Positions 26,880 through 37,119 of a stretch of DNA of 48,624 nt are shown one piece after another. Under the pieces are notes generated by a model. The model was not told the origin of the DNA. It worked only from the letters and a program-made list of their open reading frames with translations, and did not search any database. The translations under genes and the position numbers were made by a program. The stretch lies in IMG/VR virus record IMGVR_UViG_3300017766_003321, positions 1 through 48,624 of that record. One strand, 5' to 3'. Origin of the DNA: a virus. Lineage: Duplodnaviria > Caudoviricetes. Each line of letters begins with the position of its first letter. Positions within the stretch are counted from its first letter, which is position 1.

Positions 26880-27656
26880 TCAGGAGTCCGGGAATTGAGC
26901 AGTGGGCGGCGTAAAGCCGGCGGTGTATCGGGCCACTCCCTTGGTGATGCGCACGTCGTCGATCCAACCGTTGTAGAAAAGATCTCCCGCATTTTGACGC
27001 CGACCGATGTTGAGCGCAATGCCCGACGAGTCGCCACACGTCATTGAGGTGTTCGTGTCCACCTGAGTTCCGCTTACAAAAATGCGGTTGGTGGTGCCCG
27101 ATCGAGTCCACGCAATGTGCTGCCAGGCCCCCCGTGTGATCACGCTGCTGGCGCTCTCAAGAAAGTTGGGCGAGCCGCCGGTGCCCTGCAGGATCAGGGA
27201 GTTTGTCGACGAGATATAAAAAGCCCACCCGGTGCCGCCGCCGTCTCGGTTGTCGATCACGAAGTCTGTGCTCGACCCATCGGGGCGGATCCAGCATTCG
27301 ACAGTCAGGTTGCCGGTTTGGAAATTCCAGCTAGAACTTGCAGGCACAGAAAGGAAGTCGCCCGCGTCATCAAAGTAGCCCGAGGCGCCTCCAAACTTGC
27401 TTTGCGCGGTGCTGATTTGCACGCCCCCGTTCGCCGTGACGGGCTTGCCGAAAGAACTGGAGTCCGTGAAGGTAGTGCTGCCGTTGGTTCCGTTCATGTG
27501 CAGGAGCAGCTGCACGCTCGCAAAGTCTGGGTCCGTGGCACCGCCGCCCGACGGCTTGCTCGCCCCCAGGCCCCCGGGCATCGTGAAGAATCCCCGCTGG
27601 CGTCCCGGCATGGCCAGGCGTTCGCGTAGTGGGGGAGGCGTCCAGATCTTGCTCAT
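26880..27656 (-). CDS. LamG/concanavalin-like tail (receptor-binding) protein
   Basis: LLLHMNG.NGST.FTD, SKFGG.S, TVECW, WQHIA, G.IDDVRITKGVARY. Confidence 0.85.
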   Translation of the reverse strand: MSKIWTPPPLRERLAMPGRQRGFFTMPGGLGASKPSGGGATDPDFASVQLLLHMNGTNGSTTFTDSSSFGKPVTANGGVQISTAQSKFGGASGYFDDAGDFLSVPASSSWNFQTGNLTVECWIRPDGSSTDFVIDNRDGGGTGWAFYISSTNSLILQGTGGSPNFLESASSVITRGAWQHIAWTRSGTTNRIFVSGTQVDTNTSMTCGDSSGIALNIGRRQNAGDLFYNGWIDDVRITKGVARYTAGFTPPTAQFPDS

Positions 27657-28456
27657 GCTGCCGTGTCCCCGCCAAACACAAAGACTGCGTTGCTGCCGCT
27701 GTTGCTGCGCACGTAGACCGCGCACATGGCGTTCTGGCCGGCGGTCTTGAATTGGCTTTGACGGTTGACCACGGAGCCAGAGCCGCTGGAGGCGATCGTC
27801 ACCTGCCCCGCAGCAGCTTGAACGATCGTGCAGGCAAAGCCTTTGGGAAGCGCTGGGTCAGCGGTGAGGGCGATGGCGCCCGCGTTACTGAGCTCCACGA
27901 TCTTGCCGCTGTCTGCCGCCACCAAGGTGTAGCTCGTGCCAGTCTGGGTGTTGATGTTGCCCTTGTAGCCGCTGATCTCGTCGTCGTCGCTTACCGTCAC
28001 GCCGCTGCCCTGAATGAGCTTGCCGGTGGTGGTGTTGAAGCGCGGGAGCGTGTTGTCGACTGAACTGCCCGGACCGACCACATCGCCCGATCCAGCACCG
28101 GCCGGCGGGAAGCCGTAGGACTGACGGTGGTCCGTCCAGGTGAAGGTGCCGCTAGCGGCCACGCCGATGCCTAGGCGGACGTAGTCGGTCGAGTTGTTCC
28201 AGTTTGTGGTGCTGGTGGCCGCACTCACCACGCCGTCCGAGCGCTTGGCCACCACGTAGTTTGTGGCCGAGTCTGTGAGCGTCACCGTGCCGTTGGGGAT
28301 GGTCAGGCCGTTGAAGATGCCGCCGTAGTAGGCAAAGGTCAGGCCGGTGGTGGCTGGCTGGCGGATGCCGTACAGAGCGGCCGGGTCCACGCTGACGAAG
28401 TTCTCATTGATCGCCACTTCGGCGTTGGCTTGCGGTGGGCTGGTGATGTTCTGCAT
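27653..28456 (-). CDS. Tail fibre-like protein
   Basis: QANAEVAINE N-terminus, GDVVGP.SS.DN..RF, SYTLVAAD.GK. Confidence 0.75.
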   Translation of the reverse strand: MQNITSPPQANAEVAINENFVSVDPAALYGIRQPATTGLTFAYYGGIFNGLTIPNGTVTLTDSATNYVVAKRSDGVVSAATSTTNWNNSTDYVRLGIGVAASGTFTWTDHRQSYGFPPAGAGSGDVVGPGSSVDNTLPRFNTTTGKLIQGSGVTVSDDDEISGYKGNINTQTGTSYTLVAADSGKIVELSNAGAIALTADPALPKGFACTIVQAAAGQVTIASSGSGSVVNRQSQFKTAGQNAMCAVYVRSNSGSNAVFVFGGDTAA

Positions 28457-28464
28457 GGCGTGCC

Positions 28465-31400
28465 TCAAATTGTGGCTTGAAGGGGGAAGCCTCTCCCCAC
28501 CGCCTCGCTCATCTGGTAGATGCGCACGTACAGCACGGTGCGGTTGCTTCCGAAGTCGGTCACTTGCTGGGCGCTCGTGTAGGTCACGCTTGGAGTGGTG
28601 CCCACGATCGTACGCACGACGGTTGTAAAGGTGTTGTCGCTGAAGATGTCGACCTCGTATGCCTCGACCCGCTCGCCCAACGGAACGCTGCTGGAAAGCG
28701 GCCCTAAAAATCGCGTCTCCATTCTTGTACGGCGGTCCCAGGTGATGCCGGTGTTCGTGGTGGCACGATTGGCGCGTACGTTGACCCCGGCAAAGGGCTT
28801 CACGCTCACGCCAGCGTTGATCACTTGCTGAGCCGATGCTGAGGCCAAAGAGCGGCCCAGAGACACGCCGCGGAAATAGCGCAACGCCCCGAGATCTGCA
28901 ACTCCCTGCGACACGCGGCGCATGCCTGGCGGCTGAAGCAACACAAACCTTTCGACAAAAGCGTGGCCGGTCATCGCACGCTCGGTACCTCGGCGACCGC
29001 GCAGAAAGCCGGACAGCATATACACGCCTGGCGAGTCCAGTGTTGCGTCGCGAAACTGGACCACTTCGTTGCCCACGAGTGCGGCGTTAAGTGCGGTGCT
29101 GTCCAGCAACTGATCCCGAGTCACGCTGGAGAGCGTTGCGTTTCCAACGCTCACGCTGAGAATGCTCACCTCGTCAAAGACGTTGTTGATCTCCCAGTCC
29201 CCGAGCGCAGTCAGCGTGGCCCCAAGAACCGCAGACTCGGTGACGGTGGCGCGCGAAACATATGCCAAGTCGTCTGTGCTCTCGAACACCTCGGCGCCGG
29301 GCCAACCCGCTGCCCGCCCACGGGTTGCAAGGTACAGGCCTACACCATCATCTGCGTCACGCAACTGCGGTATGTCGAGCACGTAGAGCAAAGTGCTAGG
29401 CGTGGCCACCACTTCGGTCTGAGGGCTGTAGTTGCCGCCGGTAACTCCCGCTTGAGTGAACACTGTAGGATCTTCCAGCCGGGCCTCGAAGTTCATGACG
29501 CCTGACCCCGCGTCAAGTCGCCCAAGCAGCATACGGTAAACGCTCCCGTCGTCGGCCTCCACAAGTACCGAGTCGCCCGGGGTGAGCGCCGCGTACTGCC
29601 GCGGCAAGCTAAGCGCTGTGCTCCACGCTCCAATTGCACCGTCGGTGACTAGGGCGTCGGCGATAGCTTTAGCTTCCGTGGGCAAGAAAGCCATCGGCAC
29701 TTCAGTGGTGCCCGTGTTCACCTGCTCCGACAAAAGCCGGTCACTATATTGCGTGTCGGCTTGGTAGTCGTCGTCCAGGTTGGCGTAGCTGATCGCTTCT
29801 TGAGCGGGGATTTCAAGGTCACTGCGCAGCGTGAGTTTTAACGGCTCCGGCGTTGCCGCCAAAGGCATCGCCGTGCCGAGCGAGTCATAGGGAATAGTGG
29901 CCACGACTGACTGCGCACGCGGGATGAAATAAATCTTGTCTGTGCAGATCGCTTGGAAAAAATACATTTGCCCGAGTAACTCCAGCGTGACCCGGGTTCC
30001 CCCAACCTGTGACACGGCTAGAGCACGCACGGGCTTGGTGATGGCGTCAAGGGCGCTGGCGTCGTAGGTGCCCGGAGGCATGCCTGCGCGAGCGCACAGC
30101 CGCTCAACCACGGTACGGATAGTCTCGTAACCACGTTGCACTGTGTCGGCGTAGTAGAACGGGACGTAAAGCAGCGTCTGCGGGCCGGGCTCAAAAGGTG
30201 CGGTGGGCGGCGTGTAGTCGACGATGTTGCCGCCGCCACTCTCATAAACAAAGTCGTCAATGTACCCCTGCCACGGGACTCCAAAACCGTAGCGTGAACC
30301 TATGCAGAACTGGCCCGGGCGGCCGTAGATGTCGGCCCCGTCAGGGGACAGACCGGTCTGCGTGCCGGCCAGAACTCCGTTTATGAACATTCGAGCGACC
30401 GCGCCCGACTTGGTGATCTCAAAGTAAAACCACTCGTTACGCGGATGATCGAGGCTTGAGGTGATGTCAAGAGTCGCTGGACCCCGGTAGCTGGCGCGCA
30501 ACTTTGAACCCGGCCCGAGGTTGCCGCGCGTCACAATGAGCCCTTCGTTGAGGCCATCGTCAGAGCCGAAGGCCAAAAGGTTGTTGGTCACGTCGGAATC
30601 GCCGGTGTCGTAAGCCCAGCAGCGGATCGACCAATCCACCGGGAAAAGCCGAAAGGTGTCGTTTTCGAAAACGCGCAGCGCGTCACCGGGGGTCACGATG
30701 TTGCCGCCATTGAACTTGCCTGCGGCGCCGAACTTTGCCGGCGACTCTACGCAACCGCCCCAGCGATTTAACGTCGGCGTGCTCGGAAGGGCAATCGTCA
30801 CCGGGACGTTGTTGCCCGAAAAGTCTTGAAAGTTCTGCAGCGTGTCGGGCGACAGGTTTGTGCCCACCTCAAAGCTGAGGTTAAGCATCTGCCCGCTTTG
30901 GCCCAGCTGCAAGCCCTCAATGAACACCGTGGTCATGCCTCGGTACGCGGGAGCGTTGCCGGCGCCGACGGCGGCTTCATACGTCGGGTCGGGCAGTTGC
31001 GTCGGGCCGCCCCCGTAGAACGTGATCCGACGCCACAGGTCGGTCTCGGTGCTTGCCACAAGGGACGTGTCGCTTGCGCTTGCATCAGCCGTGAATGCCA
31101 GCTTTCCGTTGTTCCACACGCGCAGCATGCCTTCAAGTTCATTCGTCGCGATCAGAAAGAGACAGTCCACCTCGTAGGCGTAAGTAGTGCTCTGCGACTT
31201 GGCGCCGCCCTTACCCTGCTTGACGGTCGTGGCGATCTCGCGTCGGTCGCTTGAGTAGATCAACTGCCCGGCGCTGCGGTGGGTCGCCTGAATCCATGGT
31301 ATGGGTTGGCCGTAAGCCATGCCCGTCACGGTGAGGTCATCAAGCCGGGGGCCTTGAGTTTTTTGACCTGGTGCAAAGGCCGAGCCGATCAACGACCCGA

Positions 31401-31485
31401 GCGCCCATCCCCACTGCGCGCCAGCGGGGCCTCCAACCACGAAGCCGATGGCCGCACCCGCTGCTGAGACGACAAGATCAGCCAT
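28465..31485 (-). CDS. Tail tip/central spike protein (GTA-like) with inserted LamG domain
   Basis: GPRLDDL..YG.PIP, PAYRG, L.RGRRGTE, W.RR.R. Confidence 0.85.
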   Translation of the reverse strand: MADLVVSAAGAAIGFVVGGPAGAQWGWALGSLIGSAFAPGQKTQGPRLDDLTVTGMAYGQPIPWIQATHRSAGQLIYSSDRREIATTVKQGKGGAKSQSTTYAYEVDCLFLIATNELEGMLRVWNNGKLAFTADASASDTSLVASTETDLWRRITFYGGGPTQLPDPTYEAAVGAGNAPAYRGMTTVFIEGLQLGQSGQMLNLSFEVGTNLSPDTLQNFQDFSGNNVPVTIALPSTPTLNRWGGCVESPAKFGAAGKFNGGNIVTPGDALRVFENDTFRLFPVDWSIRCWAYDTGDSDVTNNLLAFGSDDGLNEGLIVTRGNLGPGSKLRASYRGPATLDITSSLDHPRNEWFYFEITKSGAVARMFINGVLAGTQTGLSPDGADIYGRPGQFCIGSRYGFGVPWQGYIDDFVYESGGGNIVDYTPPTAPFEPGPQTLLYVPFYYADTVQRGYETIRTVVERLCARAGMPPGTYDASALDAITKPVRALAVSQVGGTRVTLELLGQMYFFQAICTDKIYFIPRAQSVVATIPYDSLGTAMPLAATPEPLKLTLRSDLEIPAQEAISYANLDDDYQADTQYSDRLLSEQVNTGTTEVPMAFLPTEAKAIADALVTDGAIGAWSTALSLPRQYAALTPGDSVLVEADDGSVYRMLLGRLDAGSGVMNFEARLEDPTVFTQAGVTGGNYSPQTEVVATPSTLLYVLDIPQLRDADDGVGLYLATRGRAAGWPGAEVFESTDDLAYVSRATVTESAVLGATLTALGDWEINNVFDEVSILSVSVGNATLSSVTRDQLLDSTALNAALVGNEVVQFRDATLDSPGVYMLSGFLRGRRGTERAMTGHAFVERFVLLQPPGMRRVSQGVADLGALRYFRGVSLGRSLASASAQQVINAGVSVKPFAGVNVRANRATTNTGITWDRRTRMETRFLGPLSSSVPLGERVEAYEVDIFSDNTFTTVVRTIVGTTPSVTYTSAQQVTDFGSNRTVLYVRIYQMSEAVGRGFPLQATI

Positions 31486-31916
31486 TACTCAATCCCCCGA
31501 AAGCGGTAAGCCGCCACAAACCGAAAGCCGCGCATAAACACTAATCGAGACTCAATGACTTCTTTGCGACTGGAGTTGGAAGCGTGCACAACAGACAGCC
31601 CTCCGTGAAGGTAGTCGGCCACGATTCCCAAATGCTGCGGTTGGTGCTCAACCATAACAACAACGACATCGCCGGGCAGCATGTCGCTCTGACGAATAGG
31701 GTCCATGTGCTCGCTACACAGCTTGAGGATAGTGCCGTTCGGCTCGCGCCCGTAGTCCTGCACCTTGAGCACTGGAGACACAAACCCGCACGCCTGTGCG
31801 ACCGCAATCAAGTGCTGAGCACAGTCTACTGCCACACCCTTCGTTTGGTGCTGGTGCACCCAAGGCGTGCCCAGCCACGAACGGGCTTCTGCGACAACTT
31901 GCGCACGTGTGGTCAT
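31485..31916 (-). CDS. NlpC/P60 tail-associated peptidase
   Basis: ARSWLGTPW.HQ, VDC, PGDV, HLGI, HA. Confidence 0.88.
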   Translation of the reverse strand: MTTRAQVVAEARSWLGTPWVHQHQTKGVAVDCAQHLIAVAQACGFVSPVLKVQDYGREPNGTILKLCSEHMDPIRQSDMLPGDVVVVMVEHQPQHLGIVADYLHGGLSVVHASNSSRKEVIESRLVFMRGFRFVAAYRFRGIE

Positions 31917-32788
31917 ACAACGGGGTCCGGTGCGCTGGTGATCTGGTCGACGCCAGGGCGGTGGGGCTCTCCCCGAAAGTTCAAGATGTTGTTGAACTTG
32001 TCGATGCAATCGCTGACGCCCGAAGGGTTGGCCAGAGTGCGGTCATGACGCTTACGGCACCCGGCGATCACCGAGTAGGTATCTCCCACGGTGACTGCAG
32101 AGAACATGGGCAACGACAGCGTGAATGTGCCGTCGGCCCCGTAGGCCTTGACCTTCTGCGTAAAGCCCGCGCAATCGCCGCTGGTGAACGTGAAAAGTCC
32201 TTCGCTGTACCAGTCCTCGGCCTCGGTGCGCGCGCTGTCACGAAACAACTGCTTGCTGTCCACGCTGGTGAGGGTGCCGGTCTGGGTGAACGGGCCGAGA
32301 TCCACACCACAGCGGAAGTCGCCTAGGCGGTTGCGGCAATTCTTGCTGGAGGCTTCACCGATCGGCTGTTGCAGGTACTGCATCAAGTCTCGCAGCTCCA
32401 CGACGATCAGGCCGCGCTGAATGACAATCTGCCCAAACACGCCGGCCACAAGTGGGTTTCTGCCGCCGTCGGGGCTCTTGCGGTTGTACTCAAAAATCAA
32501 AAAGCGTGCGTTGTCCCAGATGTTGCCAAAGATCTCGGCTCGGTTGAAGTGCTCGCCGTCATCAATAGTGCTGAGCTCTAGGTTGCCGACCGACATATCC
32601 GATGCCGTCACCACGTCTGACAGTCGCAAGCCTGAGCGCTCGTACACCACGCCGTTGATGCGTGCAGGGGTCTGAGCCGAAGTGAACGCGAACACCTGCC
32701 CGTCGGTACGCTCAATGTAGATGGCCTGCGACAGCGTGGTGGTGCCTTGCGCGTAGTGGGCCGCTAAAGGGGCATCAAAAGTTTTCAC
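31913..32788 (-). CDS. DUF2163/BR0599 tail hub protein
   Basis: RTDG..F.FT, C...LGD.RCGVD, GC.K, C..KFNN..NFRGEP. Confidence 0.9.
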   Translation of the reverse strand: MKTFDAPLAAHYAQGTTTLSQAIYIERTDGQVFAFTSAQTPARINGVVYERSGLRLSDVVTASDMSVGNLELSTIDDGEHFNRAEIFGNIWDNARFLIFEYNRKSPDGGRNPLVAGVFGQIVIQRGLIVVELRDLMQYLQQPIGEASSKNCRNRLGDFRCGVDLGPFTQTGTLTSVDSKQLFRDSARTEAEDWYSEGLFTFTSGDCAGFTQKVKAYGADGTFTLSLPMFSAVTVGDTYSVIAGCRKRHDRTLANPSGVSDCIDKFNNILNFRGEPHRPGVDQITSAPDPVV

Positions 32789-33726
32789 TCTGGCAACTCC
32801 AGAATCTGCATCAAACGGGCGGACGGACCCGCCACTAGGCGGCTCTCTTCGTCGCCGGGTCGCACCATCTCCCAATCAAGCTCGTCGTTCGCGAAGTGCA
32901 CCGGCACGTAGAACTCGCCACTCCACGTGAGCGCGTCTGAAACCTGGGGGTACTTGTAGGCCGTGCCGCCCGTTGCGGTGAGCCCCGTGGTTGTCGTGCT
33001 GATCGTCAGCGTGAAGGCAACCGTGTCCTTGGCGGTGATCACGTGGCTTTTGCCGTTCAAGATCGACGCGGCCGAGCCGGCGATGCCATTCAAGTAGACA
33101 CGCTGGCCGACGGCGAGGGCCGCCACGATGCCAGTGTTGTTGGGAAAGGCAAGCTCCGTGCCGACCCCAACTGTTGTAGTGGAAATGTTCTGAAGCGTGT
33201 CCGCCACAAAGGTGACTTTGCCCGTGTCTTCGTCAAGCGAGATCTCGCCGGGGTCGGTGCCCAAGTCCACGGGCGTTCCGTTGCGCCGGATCACAGCGTT
33301 GAAGGGGCGCCCGATGGGGCGGTCGCGGTACTGGGCGCTGCCTACCGAGGTGTACCGCTTGAACAGGTAGAGCACGGGCTCGCCATATCCACTGCCCATC
33401 GAGCCTTGGGGAAAGCCACCGTTGTAGGCAATCAACTTTCCCTCGGTGACGCCGACGATCGAGTCTTTGGGGTCGATCATCAGGAAGCCAAACGCACCGG
33501 CGTCCGTGACTTCGTGTAGCCCTTCCAACTCGGCCCAGACCTCAAGCAGCATCGCGATAAAGCCCACCTCATACTCGCGAAGGGTGTAGTCCCACTGGAC
33601 ATTCACCTGGACCTCGCCGTTGATTGTTTGAGTGCGCTCATTGCGGCGCACGTTGCGACCTCGCACTCCTGCACCGACCACGGTGCAAGGCATGATCACG
33701 TCGGAGAGTACGGTGATGCGAGTCAT
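32785..33726 (-). CDS. DUF2460 distal tail protein with inserted beta domain
   Basis: GF...DP.D, L.KRY, G.F.VPV.F..D. Confidence 0.82.
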   Translation of the reverse strand: MTRITVLSDVIMPCTVVGAGVRGRNVRRNERTQTINGEVQVNVQWDYTLREYEVGFIAMLLEVWAELEGLHEVTDAGAFGFLMIDPKDSIVGVTEGKLIAYNGGFPQGSMGSGYGEPVLYLFKRYTSVGSAQYRDRPIGRPFNAVIRRNGTPVDLGTDPGEISLDEDTGKVTFVADTLQNISTTTVGVGTELAFPNNTGIVAALAVGQRVYLNGIAGSAASILNGKSHVITAKDTVAFTLTISTTTTGLTATGGTAYKYPQVSDALTWSGEFYVPVHFANDELDWEMVRPGDEESRLVAGPSARLMQILELPE

Positions 33727-36695
33727 AGATTGCGCGTTGCTGTCCGCAAGCCCCGTTGCGCCGCTGCGGCGATGTTGAGTTGAGTGCGGTTGTCGACCGG
33801 CCCCGAGATCGTGAAGTTGTTTTGTACCGTCATGCCGCCCGAAGTGCCCCCGTTGGGCGTGACCGTTCCGCCTTGCGAGCCCATCATCAGCACTTGCTTG
33901 TTGCCCACGGTCAATAGCTCGGGGCCATTCTCGTTTACTTGGTACGCGCTTCCTGCGTTGACCATGCCGCCGGATGCTCGACCAAAGAGCCCCGACACAA
34001 AGTTGATGGCTGAGCCAATAAAGCCCCCTCCACCACCGCCCGTAGCAGCGGAGGCAACCGAAGATCCTCCCAAGCCACTAACTGCGCTGTAAGCCGCGGC
34101 AGCAAGCGCGCTGAGCGCAGAGGTAGCCACGGTTGACCCCGTGGCCAGCGCGGCAAGCCCTGCGCCTGCGCCAGCCTCTGCGGGGTTGTTGCCGGTAGAT
34201 CCAAAGATGCCACCGAGCACAGAGCCCAGCGCCCCGCCAATGCCGGTACCGGACTCAACCTGACCCTGCAAGAATTTGGCGGCGGGTCCGGTGATCTGCG
34301 TGCGCACAAGTCCGCGCGTGATCTCTTCACGGATGCTGGTGCCCAGGCTGGCCACGTCGAGCTTGCCCGTCGTGATGAACTTGGTCAGCGAATCCTCTGC
34401 GCCTTTGAACGCGTTGGTGAACACCTCGCCCACCTGCTCAGCCACGTTGCGCGAGGACTCGTAGTAATTTTCAAGCGCTCGCGTGGCGCCGACCACCCAG
34501 TTACCCTGCAACTCGCGCAGGCGCTCAAAGTATTCGGCTTGTGCTGCAAGCTCCTGCTCACGGGCTTCCTGCAGCGCCTGCTGGCCTTTCTTGAACTCGG
34601 GAGAGTCGAGCGACACGCCGTTGCGCGCTGCGCTCTTGGCCAACTGCGTTTCGTACTTTTCGTATTCGCGATTCAACTGGCGCTGGGCTTCCAACTCTTC
34701 GCGAGCACGATCACCGCGGCCAACGCCGGTGAGGCTCGACGTGCGGCCCTCAGCCCGACCTTCGGCAGCGTTGGCCACGCTCAAGGCGATGGCCTCGGAG
34801 GCATCGCGGAAACGCTTGAGGGCTTCCTCTTGGCGCTTGATCGCCTTGGCTGCTTCCTCGCGAGCCGCGACCTCTTTGTTGACCGTGACGTTGAGCTCCA
34901 GCTGTTTGAGAATGGCTTGCTCTGACGCAAGCAGGCTCTTCTGGTCAGCCGTGAGAATCTTTTTGTCCTTGAGGTCGGCGATCTGCTGAATGAACCGAGC
35001 GCGTTCCTTCTCGGCCTCGGTCAATTTCTCTTCGGTCTGGGTCTGCGCGGTGAGCGCGGCGTTGATCTCCCGCAGGCGCAGCAAGTAGCGCGTGGCCTCG
35101 TTGTCCTGCACTGCAGCGGGGGCGCGGCGCGCAGGGTCTTTGTACTTTTCGTTGATCGCTTTTTCAAGAGCGTTGATCTTCTCCGTCGACAGCCCGATGA
35201 GAGCAGCGTCCTTGCGCAACTTCTCAATCTCTTTGGAGCGCTTCTGAGCGTTGGACAGCGTTTGCTTCTCCAACTCGTTGATGCGAGTCTGGGCTTCGAT
35301 CTGAGCCTTGGCGTTGCGTGCACGCTCGCCCTCTGACGCGGCAGCGCTGGAGGCCAGGCGGGCCTGTTCTTGCAACGAGGCCAGGCGGGCCTGCTCTTCC
35401 TCAAGCGCTGCGCCAGCACGACGGCGAGACTGCGCACCGGCTGCTCCGCCGCCACCTACGATGTTGTTGCCGGCTTGGCCACGTAGGCGCTCCACCTCTT
35501 GAAGGCTGCTTGTGATGCGCTGTTGCAGTGTGTCGGCGCGACCGATGCCCAGAAACTCATCCCACGCTTCGGCTGCAAACCCGGCGACTGCTTTCCAGCC
35601 GCGCTCGATCACGCCAAAATTGTCCTGGAGGCGCGCGGTGCGCTGGTCCATCGCGTTGGCGTAAGCGCGCTGTGCCACCTCGCCGGCTTCAGTCTCACGG
35701 CCTTGCTCGACCAACGCTGTGATCTGGCGATAGGTCTCCAGCGTGAGGAAGTTCATCGACTCGTTGAGGCGCTTGACTGCGGCCACAGGGTCTTTGCCGA
35801 GATCTGCAAACTGCTTCGCGGTGTCGGCTACGCTCGTGCCCAGCGTCTTTTGAATGCGGATCGCCGTCGTTGCAAACGCCTCCAGGTCGCCGCCTGAAAC
35901 AAGCCCCGTGGCCGCAAGTGCAGCCAGACTTTCCGCGGCTTGAGCCTGCGTGCCGATGACCCCGTCAATGCGAGCCGCCGCGTCGGCAAGCTGGCCCGCC
36001 GTGCGACCGGCAGCGTTGCCCGTGGTGATCAGTGACGCGTTGTATTTTTCGGCCTCGGCCTGACCCTTGACGTAGCCAAACGTGAGCAGCGCCACCGCAC
36101 CGGCGATCACGGTAAAAGGGTTGATCAGCCCGAGGACTGCGCTGGCCAAAGCCTTGGCCGCCGGCACGACGCCGCCAAACACGTCCTTGAGCTGACCACC
36201 CTGCTGGAGCAGCACAGTGAGCGGCGCTTGGCCGCCCTGCAAGCTGACCACGATGTCGGTCAACTGTGCAGGCACCTGGCGCAGCGCAGCGGCTTGCCCT
36301 TTGGCGGTCAGGCCGTAGGCGTTGAGCGTGGTGGTCTGCTGCTTGAGAGCCGCCTCAGTGGCCTTGATGGCGCCAAGCTGCGTCTGCATAGCCGAACTCA
36401 AGCCCAAAGCCTGCGCACGGGCTTCCAGCACCTCGCCGCGCGTCTTGCCGACGCTTTGGGCGTAGCGCTCAATCTGAGCAGTGAGGCGGTCTTGCTCGCG
36501 GGCGAGCTTGATGGCCTCGGCGGCGGCGCGCGTGGACCCAGCGGCCAGGCTCTCACCAGCTTGGCGCCCGGCCTGAGTGGCGGTCTGCGCAAACTGCTTG
36601 ACGCTTTGGGTGGCTTGGGCGATACCGGCAGTGAGGCCCGACGCATCCGCCGTGACCGAAATTACCGCCGCGCCAATTTCTTCACCGCTTGCCAT
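33723..36695 (-). CDS. Tape measure protein (lambda H-like)
   Basis: PAQLTDIVVSLQGGQ.PL.VL.QQGGQ, DP..A...LN; RASGG.V..Y.V.E.GPEL. Confidence 0.95.
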   Translation of the reverse strand: MASGEEIGAAVISVTADASGLTAGIAQATQSVKQFAQTATQAGRQAGESLAAGSTRAAAEAIKLAREQDRLTAQIERYAQSVGKTRGEVLEARAQALGLSSAMQTQLGAIKATEAALKQQTTTLNAYGLTAKGQAAALRQVPAQLTDIVVSLQGGQAPLTVLLQQGGQLKDVFGGVVPAAKALASAVLGLINPFTVIAGAVALLTFGYVKGQAEAEKYNASLITTGNAAGRTAGQLADAAARIDGVIGTQAQAAESLAALAATGLVSGGDLEAFATTAIRIQKTLGTSVADTAKQFADLGKDPVAAVKRLNESMNFLTLETYRQITALVEQGRETEAGEVAQRAYANAMDQRTARLQDNFGVIERGWKAVAGFAAEAWDEFLGIGRADTLQQRITSSLQEVERLRGQAGNNIVGGGGAAGAQSRRRAGAALEEEQARLASLQEQARLASSAAASEGERARNAKAQIEAQTRINELEKQTLSNAQKRSKEIEKLRKDAALIGLSTEKINALEKAINEKYKDPARRAPAAVQDNEATRYLLRLREINAALTAQTQTEEKLTEAEKERARFIQQIADLKDKKILTADQKSLLASEQAILKQLELNVTVNKEVAAREEAAKAIKRQEEALKRFRDASEAIALSVANAAEGRAEGRTSSLTGVGRGDRAREELEAQRQLNREYEKYETQLAKSAARNGVSLDSPEFKKGQQALQEAREQELAAQAEYFERLRELQGNWVVGATRALENYYESSRNVAEQVGEVFTNAFKGAEDSLTKFITTGKLDVASLGTSIREEITRGLVRTQITGPAAKFLQGQVESGTGIGGALGSVLGGIFGSTGNNPAEAGAGAGLAALATGSTVATSALSALAAAAYSAVSGLGGSSVASAATGGGGGGFIGSAINFVSGLFGRASGGMVNAGSAYQVNENGPELLTVGNKQVLMMGSQGGTVTPNGGTSGGMTVQNNFTISGPVDNRTQLNIAAAAQRGLRTATRNL

Positions 36696-37119
36696 GTGGT
36701 CCCCGTTTCCCGGTTACTTGCCCGCCAAGGCCGCCAGCATTGGCCACGGCGGTTGTGCTGGTCTCCGCCCGGCTACTCAGGTAGGTCGAGTCGATCAGAC
36801 AGATTGTATCGACCTCCCAAGGCTCTGGCGAGATGCCGCGCAGTTGGAAGAAAGCCCACATATCGGTCCAGCTGATCGCGTTGATAGAAAAGCCTGCGCT
36901 GCGTCGAGCCGACAGGTCCAGGTACCAATTCCAGATGTACTCCGTTTCCGGCGGTACCGACTTCATGTTGCGCAATTCAGAGCGCACCACGCCTGTCTGC
37001 TTGCGGATGTCGAGAAAGGTCTGGAGTTGGGACTTGCCCGTCTTGGGGTCGAGCTTGTCCAGCGCAAACCGCTGACGGGCAAACTCCAGCAAGGCCCCCG
37101 TCAGGCCGCGTCGAAATTT
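36682..37119 (-). CDS. Tail assembly chaperone T segment, reached by -1 frameshift
   Basis: Slippery A AAT TTC at 37119-37113; the -1 frame reads FRRGLTGALLEFARQ into the 36682 ORF. Confidence 0.85.
   Translation of the reverse strand, partial: KFRRGLTGALLEFARQRFALDKLDPKTGKSQLQTFLDIRKQTGVVRSELRNMKSVPPETEYIWNWYLDLSARRSAGFSINAISWTDMWAFFQLRGISPEPWEVDTICLIDSTYLSSRAETSTTAVANAGGLGGQVTGKRGPHGKR

Noticed and set aside
35350-35393. 17-bp direct repeat GAGGCCAGGCGGGCCTG in the tape measure gene
   Set aside because: It encodes a repeated QARLAS; such repeats are ordinary in TMPs
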